A stretch of 20,000 nt of DNA from Brevibacterium luteolum (GTDB lineage: Bacteria; Actinomycetota; Actinomycetes; Actinomycetales; Brevibacteriaceae), in assembly GCF_013004595.1 (NCBI RefSeq), contig NZ_JABEMC010000005.1, positions 231,559-251,558 of the forward strand. Reading direction: 5' to 3'. The notes below the pieces were generated by a model that was not told where the DNA came from, ran no database searches, and worked only from the letters and a program-made list of their open reading frames with translations. Shown here piece after piece: positions 9,502 through 17,360 of this stretch (its first letter is position 1; the number at the start of each line of letters is the position of its first letter). The position numbers were made by a program, and so were the translations under genes.

Positions 9502-11238
9502 ATGACGCGCATCACCTCCACTGCTGACTCCTCCCCTGCCGCCTCCGCCCAGGACTCCGCCGCCGGCCCCGATGCCCCCGCCTCCCGTTCGGCTGGGCAC
9601 CTCATCGTCGCCCAGCTCGAAGCCGAGGGCGTCGAGCGCATCTACTGCGTGCCCGGCGAGTCCTACCTCAATGTGCTCGACGGCCTGCACGATTCGACCA
9701 TCCGCACCATCACCTGCCGGCAGGAGGCCGGTGCCGGGTTCATGGCACTGGCCGAGGGCCGGATGACCGGCCGGCCGGGCATTGCGATGGTCACCCGCGG
9801 GCCGGGTGCGGCCAATGTCATGATCGCCGTGCACACCGCCTACCAGGACGCCACGCCTCTCGTCATCTTCGCCGGCCTCATCCCCACCGACCACCGCGGC
9901 CGCGAGGCCTTCCAGGAGTTCGATCTGGCTGGCTGGTTCGGCACGACGGTGAAGAAGACCCTCATCCTCGACCACCCCGATGAGGCCGCAGCCCTCGTCG
10001 CCGATGCGATGCACACCGCCGCCTCCGGCCGGCCCGGCCCGGTCATCGTCGGTCTCCCCGAGGACCCGCAGCTCATCACCACCCAGGCGGACACCGTCAC
10101 CCCGCGCCCCGTTCCCGAGGTGGTGCCCACCGCCGCACAGATCGCCTCAGTCGCCGAGGCGGTCGCCAGAGCCCGCCGCCCGGTGCTCATCGTCGGCGGC
10201 GAGCGCTGGGATGAGCAGTCCTCCCGCACGGTCGCTGACTGGGCGGCCGGGCTCGGGATGGGCATCATCGCCGACTTCCGCGCCTACGACGGCATCGACC
10301 ATGATGAGCCGCACTACCTCGGTGCGCTCGGCTTCGGTTCGGCACCCCTGACCCGCAAGGCCTTCGACGAGGCCGACCTGCACGTCTACCTCGGCTGCCA
10401 GCGCACCGATGTCTCAACGAACTCGTACTCGATCGGCTGCAGCCCGGACCACACGATCGTCATCAGCCCTGATCCTGACCTGCATGCACACTTCGGGCCG
10501 GTCGATGAGCAGATCATCGCCACCACCCGTGGCTTCGCCCAAGCACTCACCAGCACTGACGCAACGACCGGCACCGAGGCGACCACCGCCTCGGGAACGG
10601 AGACGAACCTGCCCGACTGGGTCACCGAGACCCGGCAGCGGTTCCAGCAGTGGCGCGAGATCCCAGCACCGACTGGTGATGAGGACCCGGCCTATGTTGA
10701 TATGGACACCGCCTTCGGCGAGGTGCGCCGCCTGCTGCCGGATGATGCGATCATCACGTATGGGGCGGGCAACTACTCCGGCTGGGCCTCGCGCTACCTG
10801 CCGGTGCACAGCTTCCCGTCAGTGCTCGGCCCGCGCAACGGGGCGATGGGCTTCGGGATGCCGGCGGCGGTGGCGGCTGCGCTCGTGTGCCCGGACCGCC
10901 CGGTGCTCGCCGTCGCCGGCGACGGCTGCTTCCTCATGAACGGCCAGGAGTTCGCCACCGCGGTCGCCCATGACCTGAATATCACCGTCATCATCAACGA
11001 CAACAGCGTCTACGGCACGATCGTCGGCCACCAGGAGCGCGACTATCCCGGCCGGCCGGAAGGCACTGGGCTGAAGAATCCGGACTTCGCCGCCTACGCC
11101 ACCGCCTTCGGCGGCGCCGGATTCAGTGTGACCCGCACTGAGGACTTCGCGGCCGCCTTCGAAGCGGCGCTGAACCATCCGGGTCCTGCGCTCGTGCAGG
11201 TGCGCACTGACCCGGCGATCCGCTTCACCCGCAGCTGA
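9502..11238 (+). CDS. Thiamine diphosphate-dependent enzyme (acetolactate synthase large subunit-like, probably catabolic)
   Basis: CVPGESY, catalytic Glu in RQEAGAG, TRGPGAAN, AFQE, GAMGFGMPAA, GDG...N ThDP-binding motif; start could be 9490 or 9502. Confidence 0.92.
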   Translation: MTRITSTADSSPAASAQDSAAGPDAPASRSAGHLIVAQLEAEGVERIYCVPGESYLNVLDGLHDSTIRTITCRQEAGAGFMALAEGRMTGRPGIAMVTRGPGAANVMIAVHTAYQDATPLVIFAGLIPTDHRGREAFQEFDLAGWFGTTVKKTLILDHPDEAAALVADAMHTAASGRPGPVIVGLPEDPQLITTQADTVTPRPVPEVVPTAAQIASVAEAVARARRPVLIVGGERWDEQSSRTVADWAAGLGMGIIADFRAYDGIDHDEPHYLGALGFGSAPLTRKAFDEADLHVYLGCQRTDVSTNSYSIGCSPDHTIVISPDPDLHAHFGPVDEQIIATTRGFAQALTSTDATTGTEATTASGTETNLPDWVTETRQRFQQWREIPAPTGDEDPAYVDMDTAFGEVRRLLPDDAIITYGAGNYSGWASRYLPVHSFPSVLGPRNGAMGFGMPAAVAAALVCPDRPVLAVAGDGCFLMNGQEFATAVAHDLNITVIINDNSVYGTIVGHQERDYPGRPEGTGLKNPDFAAYATAFGGAGFSVTRTEDFAAAFEAALNHPGPALVQVRTDPAIRFTRS

Positions 11239-11269
11239 GCGGCCGGCAGCCAGACGAAGGAGGTCTGAG

Positions 11270-12964
11270 ATGCGACTCGACACGATCATCCGCAATGCCC
11301 GCATCCACACGATGGCCGGTGATGGCGCGCCCGCGCCCGAGGCGGTGGGGATCGCCGGTGGCCGGATCGTCGCCTTCGATGATGAGCTGGAGGGCTCGTA
11401 CGCCTCGGCCGGCGAGGTCGTCGATGCCGCCGAGCTGACCGGTGATGCAGGCGGTGCTGGCGGTGGTGCGGGTGCGGGTGTGCCGACGGTGGTGCCCGGG
11501 TTCATCGACGCGCACTGTCACACGACGTGGTTCGGGCTGACGCTTGCCAGTGTCGATGTCGAGAACTGTCCCGGCGGCCTCGATGAGGTCTACGGCCGGC
11601 TGGCCACGGCTGCCGAGAAGCTGCCTGACGGTGAGTGGGTGCAGGCGACCGGGTACTCCCACCACGACTACGGTGGCGCCTATCCGGACCTCACCGTCCT
11701 CGACCGGATCACCGGTGGCCGGCCACTGTTCATGCGGCAGGTGAGCGGCCATTCGGCGATCGTCAACACCGCCGCCCTGCGTGCTGCCGGAATGCTCGAA
11801 CCCGGCTACACGGATCCGGCCGGCGGCAAAGTCGTCCGCGACGCCGACGGCCGCCCGACCGGGCTGGTCGAGGAGACCGCGCAGACGCAGGTGCAGGATC
11901 TCATCCGGCCGTATTCGGTCGAGACGATCGTCCACGCCCTCGACCTGGCCACCGCCCACTACGCGAAGGAGGGGATCACGAGCTTCGGTGAGGCCGGGAT
12001 CGCCGCAGGCTGGATCGGGCATTCGCCGCTGGAGGTCTACGCCTACCAGCAGGCCCGCCAGGCCGGGCTGCTGCGGGCGCGTGCCCAGCTCATGCCCGTC
12101 ATCGACGCCCTCCACCCAATCCACGGCCACGCCGCCGACACCCCGGAACTCGGGCTCGACCTCGGCATGGTCACCGGGTTCGGGGATGACGAGATCCGCA
12201 TCGGCCCGGTCAAGATCTTCATGGACGGCGCACTGTCGGGCCGAACCGCGGCACTGCACGAGCCCTATGTCGGCCAGTCCGATGCCGGGTACCTGCAGGA
12301 CGACCCCGAAGTGCTGCGCGCCCAGACCCTGGCCGCCTACCGGTCCGGCTGGTCAGTGGCCGTCCACGCGATCGGCGACCGGGCTGTCGATGAGGCGATT
12401 CACAACATCACCGCAGCCGTCGATGAGTGCGGGCCACGGGCGTTTCCCAACCGGATCGAACACGCCGGGATGATCCGCACCGAGCAGCTGCCTGTCCTTG
12501 CCGAGTACGGCATCGCGGTGACCCCGCAGGCGGCGTTCTTCGACAACATCGGCGACGGCATGCTCGACGCGATCGGTGAGGAGCGCGCCCACCTGCTCTA
12601 CCGCGGCCACTCCTTCCTCGAGGCCGGCGTGACGCTGGCCGGCAGCTCGGATCGGCCGTGCGCGGAGGGCAATGTGCTGCGCGGCATGCAGTTGTTCATG
12701 ACCCGCCTGACCCGCTCCGGCCGCGTCTCAGGACCCAGCCACGAACGCCTGTCCGCGCACGAGGCGCTGGCAGCCTACACCTCGGGCGCGGCTGCCGCGA
12801 TGGGCATGACCGGCACACATGCCGGCCGGGCCGGTGAGCTCACCCGCGGGGCGCTGGCCGACCTCGTCATCGTCACCGGTGACCCGCTGGACACCGCTGC
12901 CGAGGCGGTGACCGGGCTGGGTGTGAAGGCGACGATGCGCGGCGGGCAGTGGACGCACCGGTGA
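11270..12964 (+). CDS. Metal-dependent amidohydrolase (Amidohydro_3, YtcJ/NfdA-like)
   Basis: AAGGAGG RBS; PGFIDAHCH, KIFMDGALSGRTA, VHAIGD, RIEHA, SSD motifs. Confidence 0.92.
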   Translation: MRLDTIIRNARIHTMAGDGAPAPEAVGIAGGRIVAFDDELEGSYASAGEVVDAAELTGDAGGAGGGAGAGVPTVVPGFIDAHCHTTWFGLTLASVDVENCPGGLDEVYGRLATAAEKLPDGEWVQATGYSHHDYGGAYPDLTVLDRITGGRPLFMRQVSGHSAIVNTAALRAAGMLEPGYTDPAGGKVVRDADGRPTGLVEETAQTQVQDLIRPYSVETIVHALDLATAHYAKEGITSFGEAGIAAGWIGHSPLEVYAYQQARQAGLLRARAQLMPVIDALHPIHGHAADTPELGLDLGMVTGFGDDEIRIGPVKIFMDGALSGRTAALHEPYVGQSDAGYLQDDPEVLRAQTLAAYRSGWSVAVHAIGDRAVDEAIHNITAAVDECGPRAFPNRIEHAGMIRTEQLPVLAEYGIAVTPQAAFFDNIGDGMLDAIGEERAHLLYRGHSFLEAGVTLAGSSDRPCAEGNVLRGMQLFMTRLTRSGRVSGPSHERLSAHEALAAYTSGAAAAMGMTGTHAGRAGELTRGALADLVIVTGDPLDTAAEAVTGLGVKATMRGGQWTHR

Positions 12965-13024
12965 ACCGGCCGGCACTCCAGCGTCTTCCCAGCGCGTGAG
13001 TCGCTGGCGGCTACAGTGGCACCC

Positions 13025-13639
13025 ATGGGCTATCAGACACTGCGTCGGGAGGCGCATGCCGAGATCGAGATCAAGCGCTCGCGCTTCATCGCCCGCGTCG
13101 TTCCAGTCGAGACCGAGGAGGCCGCCCGTGCGGTCATTGAGGAGCAGCGGGCTGCGCATCCGAAGGCTCGCCATCACTGCACGGCCTTCATCCTCGATGC
13201 CGATGGGCGCACACAGCGCTTCAACGACGACGGCGAGCCGGCCGGTACGGCCGGTGCCCCGATCCTGGAGGTGCTCACCGGCCATGAGCTGACGTATGTG
13301 GTGGCGGTGGTGACCCGGTACTTCGGCGGCACGCTGCTGGGCGCCGGCGGGCTCGTGCGCGCCTACGGCGGGGCGGTCTCCGCGGCACTCGAGGACGCGC
13401 AGGTGGTGACCCGTACGCTGCTGACCCCGGTGACGGTTGAGTTGAACTATGCCACGGCGGCTGCCGCCCAGCGGCAGGCCCAGCAGGCCGGATGGGAGGT
13501 CATCGACAGCGACTACAGTGCCAGCGTGCGGCATGTCTTCGCGGTGCCAGCTGACGAGGTGGAAGCGTGTGCAGCGATGCTCGCTGACGTCTCGGCAGGA
13601 CTCGCCGCTCCCGAGGTGGGGGATCCGGTCTATCGCTAG
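13025..13639 (+). CDS. yigZ: YigZ/IMPACT family protein, probably leaderless
   Basis: IKRSRFIA, ARHHCTAF, DDGEPAGTAG, VVTRYFGGTLLGAGGLVRAY; TACAGT -10 box 7 nt before ATG 13025. Confidence 0.92.
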   Translation: MGYQTLRREAHAEIEIKRSRFIARVVPVETEEAARAVIEEQRAAHPKARHHCTAFILDADGRTQRFNDDGEPAGTAGAPILEVLTGHELTYVVAVVTRYFGGTLLGAGGLVRAYGGAVSAALEDAQVVTRTLLTPVTVELNYATAAAAQRQAQQAGWEVIDSDYSASVRHVFAVPADEVEACAAMLADVSAGLAAPEVGDPVYR

Positions 13640-13683
13640 GCCGGCTGCAGTGCCGGATCGGTTGGTGTCACTGCGCCGGCTGG

Positions 13684-13757
13684 TCGGTGCTCGGCTGGGA
13701 GCAATGCCGGTGGGGATCAGTGCCCGTCTGGGACCGGTGTTCGGCTGGGATCGGTGC
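13684..13757. repeat. Degenerate ~17-bp tandem repeat between convergent genes
   Basis: TCGGTGCTCGGCTGGGA, GCAATGCCGGTGGGGA, TCAGTGCCCGTCTGGGA, CCGGTGTTCGGCTGGGA. Confidence 0.55.
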
Positions 13758-13761
13758 GTCG

Positions 13762-14262
13762 TCAGTCGAGGCTGGCGATACGGGCGACCTGTGCATTGGT
13801 GAGCATGACGAGGTCATCGGGACGCAGTTCGATCTCCAAGCCGCGGCGGCCGGCTGAGACGTAGACGGTGGAGAAGTCCTGAGCGGAGAGATCCATGACC
13901 ACCGGCGAGGAGTTGCGCTGGCCGAAGGGGCTGACGCCGCCGATCATGTAGCCGGTGCGGCGCTCGGTTTCGGCGATGCCGGTCAGCTGAGCTTTCTTGC
14001 CGCCGCACACGCCGGCGATCGCCTTGAGATCAAGCTGTCCGGAGACGGGCACAAGTGCGACGACTGGTTCCTGATCGACGTGGATCATGAGCGTTTTGAG
14101 GATTCTGCCGGATTCGACGCCGAGCTTCTCTGAGGCTTCGGTGCCGTAGCGGCGGCGGGCCGGATCGTGGTCGAACTCATGAACCGAGTAATCGATGCCG
14201 GCGAGGTTGAGCACGCGCAGGGCGGGGGTAGCCGCGGCGTGTGATCGAGCTGCAATCGACAT
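13762..14262 (-). CDS. ybaK: Cys-tRNA(Pro) deacylase YbaK
   Basis: TPA, ILKTL, LDLK, TGYMIGGVSPFGQ, VSAGRRGLEIEL; AGGAGG RBS. Confidence 0.93.
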   Translation of the reverse strand: MSIAARSHAAATPALRVLNLAGIDYSVHEFDHDPARRRYGTEASEKLGVESGRILKTLMIHVDQEPVVALVPVSGQLDLKAIAGVCGGKKAQLTGIAETERRTGYMIGGVSPFGQRNSSPVVMDLSAQDFSTVYVSAGRRGLEIELRPDDLVMLTNAQVARIASLD

Positions 14263-14448
14263 GGGTGTTCGCTGCCTCCTGCCTGCCGGGTCAGTCGGGG
14301 ACCTGACGGTTCGGCGGGCCGGTGTGTAGGTGCTGATCGGACGGGTGGACGACAGCTACTTTAAATGACCGATCAGTCCGATGACCAATCTTTTGTCCGT
14401 CCCCGACAATCCGGTAGGAGATCAGGGGCGGATCCAGAAGCGTTTTTG

Positions 14449-14868
14449 TCAGCCCCAGCCGAGTTCGTGGAGGCGTTGGTCATCGATGCCATGATGGTGG
14501 GCGATCTCGTGGACGATCGTGGTGAGGATCTCCTCGCGCAGCCGTTCGGCCGTACGGGAGAACTCGATGAGGTTGATGCGGTAGAGGAAGATGACGTCTG
14601 GGGGCACAAAGGCCCACGGGTCGCCGCGCTCGGTCAGCGGGATGCCGTCGTAGACACCGAGGATGTCCGGTTCCTCCGGCGGGGGCTCGTCCTCGGCGAA
14701 GAGGACGACATTGTCCATGTAGTCGAGCACACCTTCCGGCAGCTCGCCCATCACCTCGTCGACGAGGTCGTCGAAGATCGCGTACAGCGCATCGAAGGTC
14801 GCATCGTCGATCGGCTCGAGTGACTCGTGCTCGCCGGGACCCGCATGATCAGGGTGACCGCATGTCAT
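14449..14868 (-). CDS. Zincin-like minimal metallopeptidase, probably leaderless
   Basis: ILGVYDGIPLTER, PDVIFLYR, HEIAHHHG (HExxH), LHELGWG; TAGACT -10 box 6 nt before the ATG. Confidence 0.9.
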   Translation of the reverse strand: MTCGHPDHAGPGEHESLEPIDDATFDALYAIFDDLVDEVMGELPEGVLDYMDNVVLFAEDEPPPEEPDILGVYDGIPLTERGDPWAFVPPDVIFLYRINLIEFSRTAERLREEILTTIVHEIAHHHGIDDQRLHELGWG

Positions 14869-14956
14869 GGCCTCAGTCTACTGAGACACCTCAGTCCACT
14901 GAGGCGAGCCGACTGGCAGGCGGAGTGAGCGAGGGAGCGCGGACCACCTCGGGTGC

Positions 14957-15023
14957 GGTGAGCGACATCACAGGAAAAGTCCGCCGACCCGTTTTGCAAA
15001 TCCACCGAGCGGTGCGCTAAGCT
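14957..15023 (+). promoter_or_regulatory. Putative tRNA-cluster promoter with upstream CRP-like box
   Basis: TTGCAA(14994-14999)-18 nt-TAAGCT(15018-15023); GGTGA-N6-TCACA at 14957-14972. Confidence 0.5.
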
Positions 15024-15086
15024 ATCGGAGGTTCATGCGCCGGACAAACCGGAGCTGACAGCCTCATCGGGAGACTGATGCGGGAG

Positions 15087-15159
<73 letters not shown>

Positions 15160-15202
15160 CGTGTAGGATGGAGTTCGCCCCATCCGGCACACAAATGAAT
15201 AA

Positions 15203-15276
15203 GGCCCTGTGGCGCAGTTGGTTAGCGCGCCGCCCTGTCACGGCGGAGGTCGCGGGTTCGAGTCCCGTCAGGGTCG
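15203..15276 (+). tRNA. tRNA-Asp(GTC)
   Basis: GGCCCTG/CAGGGTC; anticodon loop CTGTCAC; GGTTCGAGTCC; CCA not encoded. Confidence 0.97.
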
Positions 15277-15286
15277 CGGAGCAATC

Positions 15287-15315
15287 GGCTCTTCTGTTTC
15301 AGAAGAGCCTTTGTT
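15287..15315 (+). terminator. Intrinsic terminator-like hairpin between tRNA-Asp and tRNA-Phe
   Basis: GGCTCTTCTG-TTT-CAGAAGAGCC followed by TTTGTT. Confidence 0.65.
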
Positions 15316-15357
15316 CTATCAGCAGGCAGACGAGCTGCGCTCGCTGCCAGCGGATCT

Positions 15358-15433
15358 GGCTCTGTAGCTCAGTTGGTAGAGCGTTCGACTGAAAATCGAA
15401 AGGTCACCGGATCGACGCCGGTCGGAGCCACCA
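15358..15433 (+). tRNA. tRNA-Phe(GAA), CCA encoded; probable integration (att) site
   Basis: GGCTCTG/CGGAGCC; TTCGA-CTGAAAA-TCGAA anticodon arm; T-arm ACCGG-ATCGACG-CCGGT. Confidence 0.96.
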
Positions 15434-15460
15434 GAAGAACCGAAACTAGGTGTCTAGAGC

Positions 15461-15509
15461 AAAACCCCTGGTCAGAGCGGAAATCACCACCGCACAGGCC
15501 GGGGGTTTT
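15461..15509. terminator. Bidirectional terminator-like hairpin between tRNA-Phe and the integrase
   Basis: AAAACCCCTGGTC...GGCCGGGGGTTTT. Confidence 0.65.
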
Positions 15510-15516
15510 CGCTTGC

Positions 15517-16569
15517 TCAGACCTCATCTGCCACTGACTCACCGTGACCTCCTTGCGTAAGCTCAGACATGGACCCGTAGAACCGTTCGACCGTGCGCCG
15601 CGCAGCCTGCTTGCCCGCTGTCGTGTAGAGACTCGTCACCGCGAGAGACGAGTGACCCATGAACTCGCGGACATCGTGGGCAGGGATACCGGCATCCAGC
15701 CACGCCGTCGCCGCGTGATGCCGCAAGTCGTGCCAGCGGAGACCCGGACGTACCTCGTCCCGCAGCTGTCGCCAACGCAGCTCGCGCGCCAAGTTCGACG
15801 GGTGCACCGGCTTACCAAGAGGACTCGTGCACATCAGCGTGCGCGGGTCTGCCGCAGCGAGGTCAACCCCGTGGGCCTCGATGCTATCCAGCAGCTCTGG
15901 CAGTATCGGCACGTAACGCGGCTTCCCGGACTTCGTTGTCACTCGGTGCCCTTGCCGGTCCAACTGCGCATTGACCAACAGCAACCGCCGTTCCAGCTCG
16001 GCCTGCCCAACTGTGACTGCGGTAGCTTCCGAGAGCCGCAGCCCGGCGTATGCCATGAACCCGAACAGCAGCCGATAGCGGCGCGGGACCACCGTAAATA
16101 GCTGCGACAACTGCGTTTCTGTCAGCGCGTACGAGTCACGCGGTTCCGCCTTCTGCCGGGGCAGCTCAATCTGCTTCGCAGGATTCGCCCATATCAACCG
16201 TTCGCGCACCGCCCGCTGAAGAATGCGCGAGAGCACAGCCCTCGCATCCGTCTTAGTCGAACGAGCCCCTGACCACGAGAAGTACGCGTCCTCAATATCC
16301 ATCGGTGACAGCTCATCCAGCCGATAATCACCCAGCGACGGACGGACGCGCAGCCGCCAGCCAATTTCGTATGACGTCCGTGTTGACTTCGAGACCTGAC
16401 GGAGCACCGCAGGCAGATGCTCAGCGCCAAAATCTGCGAGAGTTGGTAAGGTCGCCGCTCGTGTCCCTTTTAGTGTTTGCTCATCGACTCGGGTGAGGGC
16501 ACCCGGCAAAATGCTGCGCATTTCACCGGCTATCGACACGGCCCCGGTCATTCGCTCTGCCGCACCCAC
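15517..16569 (-). CDS. Tyrosine recombinase/integrase
   Basis: AGLRLSE (R), TKSGK (K), WHDLRH (HxxR), MGHSSLAVTSLY (H, Y): full catalytic set; start at 16569 or 16551. Confidence 0.95.
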   Translation of the reverse strand: MGAAERMTGAVSIAGEMRSILPGALTRVDEQTLKGTRAATLPTLADFGAEHLPAVLRQVSKSTRTSYEIGWRLRVRPSLGDYRLDELSPMDIEDAYFSWSGARSTKTDARAVLSRILQRAVRERLIWANPAKQIELPRQKAEPRDSYALTETQLSQLFTVVPRRYRLLFGFMAYAGLRLSEATAVTVGQAELERRLLLVNAQLDRQGHRVTTKSGKPRYVPILPELLDSIEAHGVDLAAADPRTLMCTSPLGKPVHPSNLARELRWRQLRDEVRPGLRWHDLRHHAATAWLDAGIPAHDVREFMGHSSLAVTSLYTTAGKQAARRTVERFYGSMSELTQGGHGESVADEV

Positions 16570-16607
16570 AGCAGACTCCCGTCCTCAAATTTCCCCATGA
16601 GGTTGCG

Positions 16608-16727
16608 TGTCAACGACGGCTGAATTTTGACCCCTTAGCGACGGCTGAATTTTGACCCCCTGTTGTTGTGGTTGTGTTGGTTTCAGTCGTTTTCGGTTAG
16701 TAGTTCGCGGCGTGTTTTGGTGCGGTA
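16608..16727 (-). mobile_element. IS21-family right-end remnant (terminal TGT, two 21-bp repeats, probable istB 3' tail)
   Basis: TGTCAA at 16608; CGACGGCTGAATTTTGACCCC at 16614-16634 and 16639-16659; YRTKTRRELL tail resembles actinobacterial IstB C-termini. Confidence 0.8.
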
Positions 16728-17252
16728 GGTCGCCACATGGACGCGGTTGGCGCAGTTGCGCAGGTCGCAGAATCGCTTCGACTTGTTCTTTGTCAGATCA
16801 GCGAGCGCCGCGGTGCAGTCGTCCGCCGCACAGGTGCGGAGACGTCCCAGGTCGCCTGAGCGGATCAGGTCGGTCAGCACCAGTGCAATGTCAGAGGCGA
16901 CGCGCTCGCCCAGAGGAGCGGCGTTCCCCGCTGCGTGCAGATGCCAATCCCACTCGTCGTGACGCACAAGTTGCGGGAACGTGCGGATCTCTCGGAATGT
17001 CGCGTTGATCGCGTCGACCACCGCGGTCACATCATCGTCTAGAACGACTCGGAAGCGCTCACGCATTGTCGCTACCGCAGCGACATCGAACGCTGAGGCC
17101 TCCAACGACCCGGTGAAGTCATGCACAGTGACGAAGCGCTCCAGTTCCTCCGGTGCGGCGAGCCGATCGTCCGGGCCCCTCACTCCGGGCCCGGTGTTCA
17201 ACAGATCGACCAGCATGGACAGGTTCGCCCGAACATCGTGACTGAAGCGCAT
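16683..17252 (-). CDS. CGNR zinc finger / ABATE domain protein (putative regulator)
   Basis: DLLNT, PQLVRHD..DWHLH, RLRTC-x4-C...D.TKNKSKRFC-x4-CANR; TAACAT -10 box 6 nt before the ATG (leaderless). Confidence 0.9.
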   Translation of the reverse strand: MRFSHDVRANLSMLVDLLNTGPGVRGPDDRLAAPEELERFVTVHDFTGSLEASAFDVAAVATMRERFRVVLDDDVTAVVDAINATFREIRTFPQLVRHDEWDWHLHAAGNAAPLGERVASDIALVLTDLIRSGDLGRLRTCAADDCTAALADLTKNKSKRFCDLRNCANRVHVATYRTKTRRELLTEND

Positions 17253-17292
17253 ACCTCTATGTTACCCGAGTGAGACCGGAGGCTACCAGCTT

Positions 17293-17360
17293 ATAGACAG
17301 TGTTTTTACGGCTTCTGATAGAATACAAACAGTGTCTATCAGTTAATAGTCACTGTCTAT
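17293..17360. promoter_or_regulatory. Nested inverted repeats in the AT-rich divergent promoter region (putative operator)
   Basis: ATAGACAGTG(17293-17302)/CACTGTCTAT(17351-17360); CTGATAGA(17315-17322)/TCTATCAG(17335-17342). Confidence 0.6.

Noticed and set aside
9502..11238. Gene symbol ilvB
   Set aside because: No regulatory subunit or ilvC nearby, and the context looks catabolic; left unnamed
16614..16659. Iterons or mini-CRISPR from the two perfect 21-bp repeats
   Set aside because: The terminal TGTCAA and 25-bp period fit the reiterated ends of IS21 better
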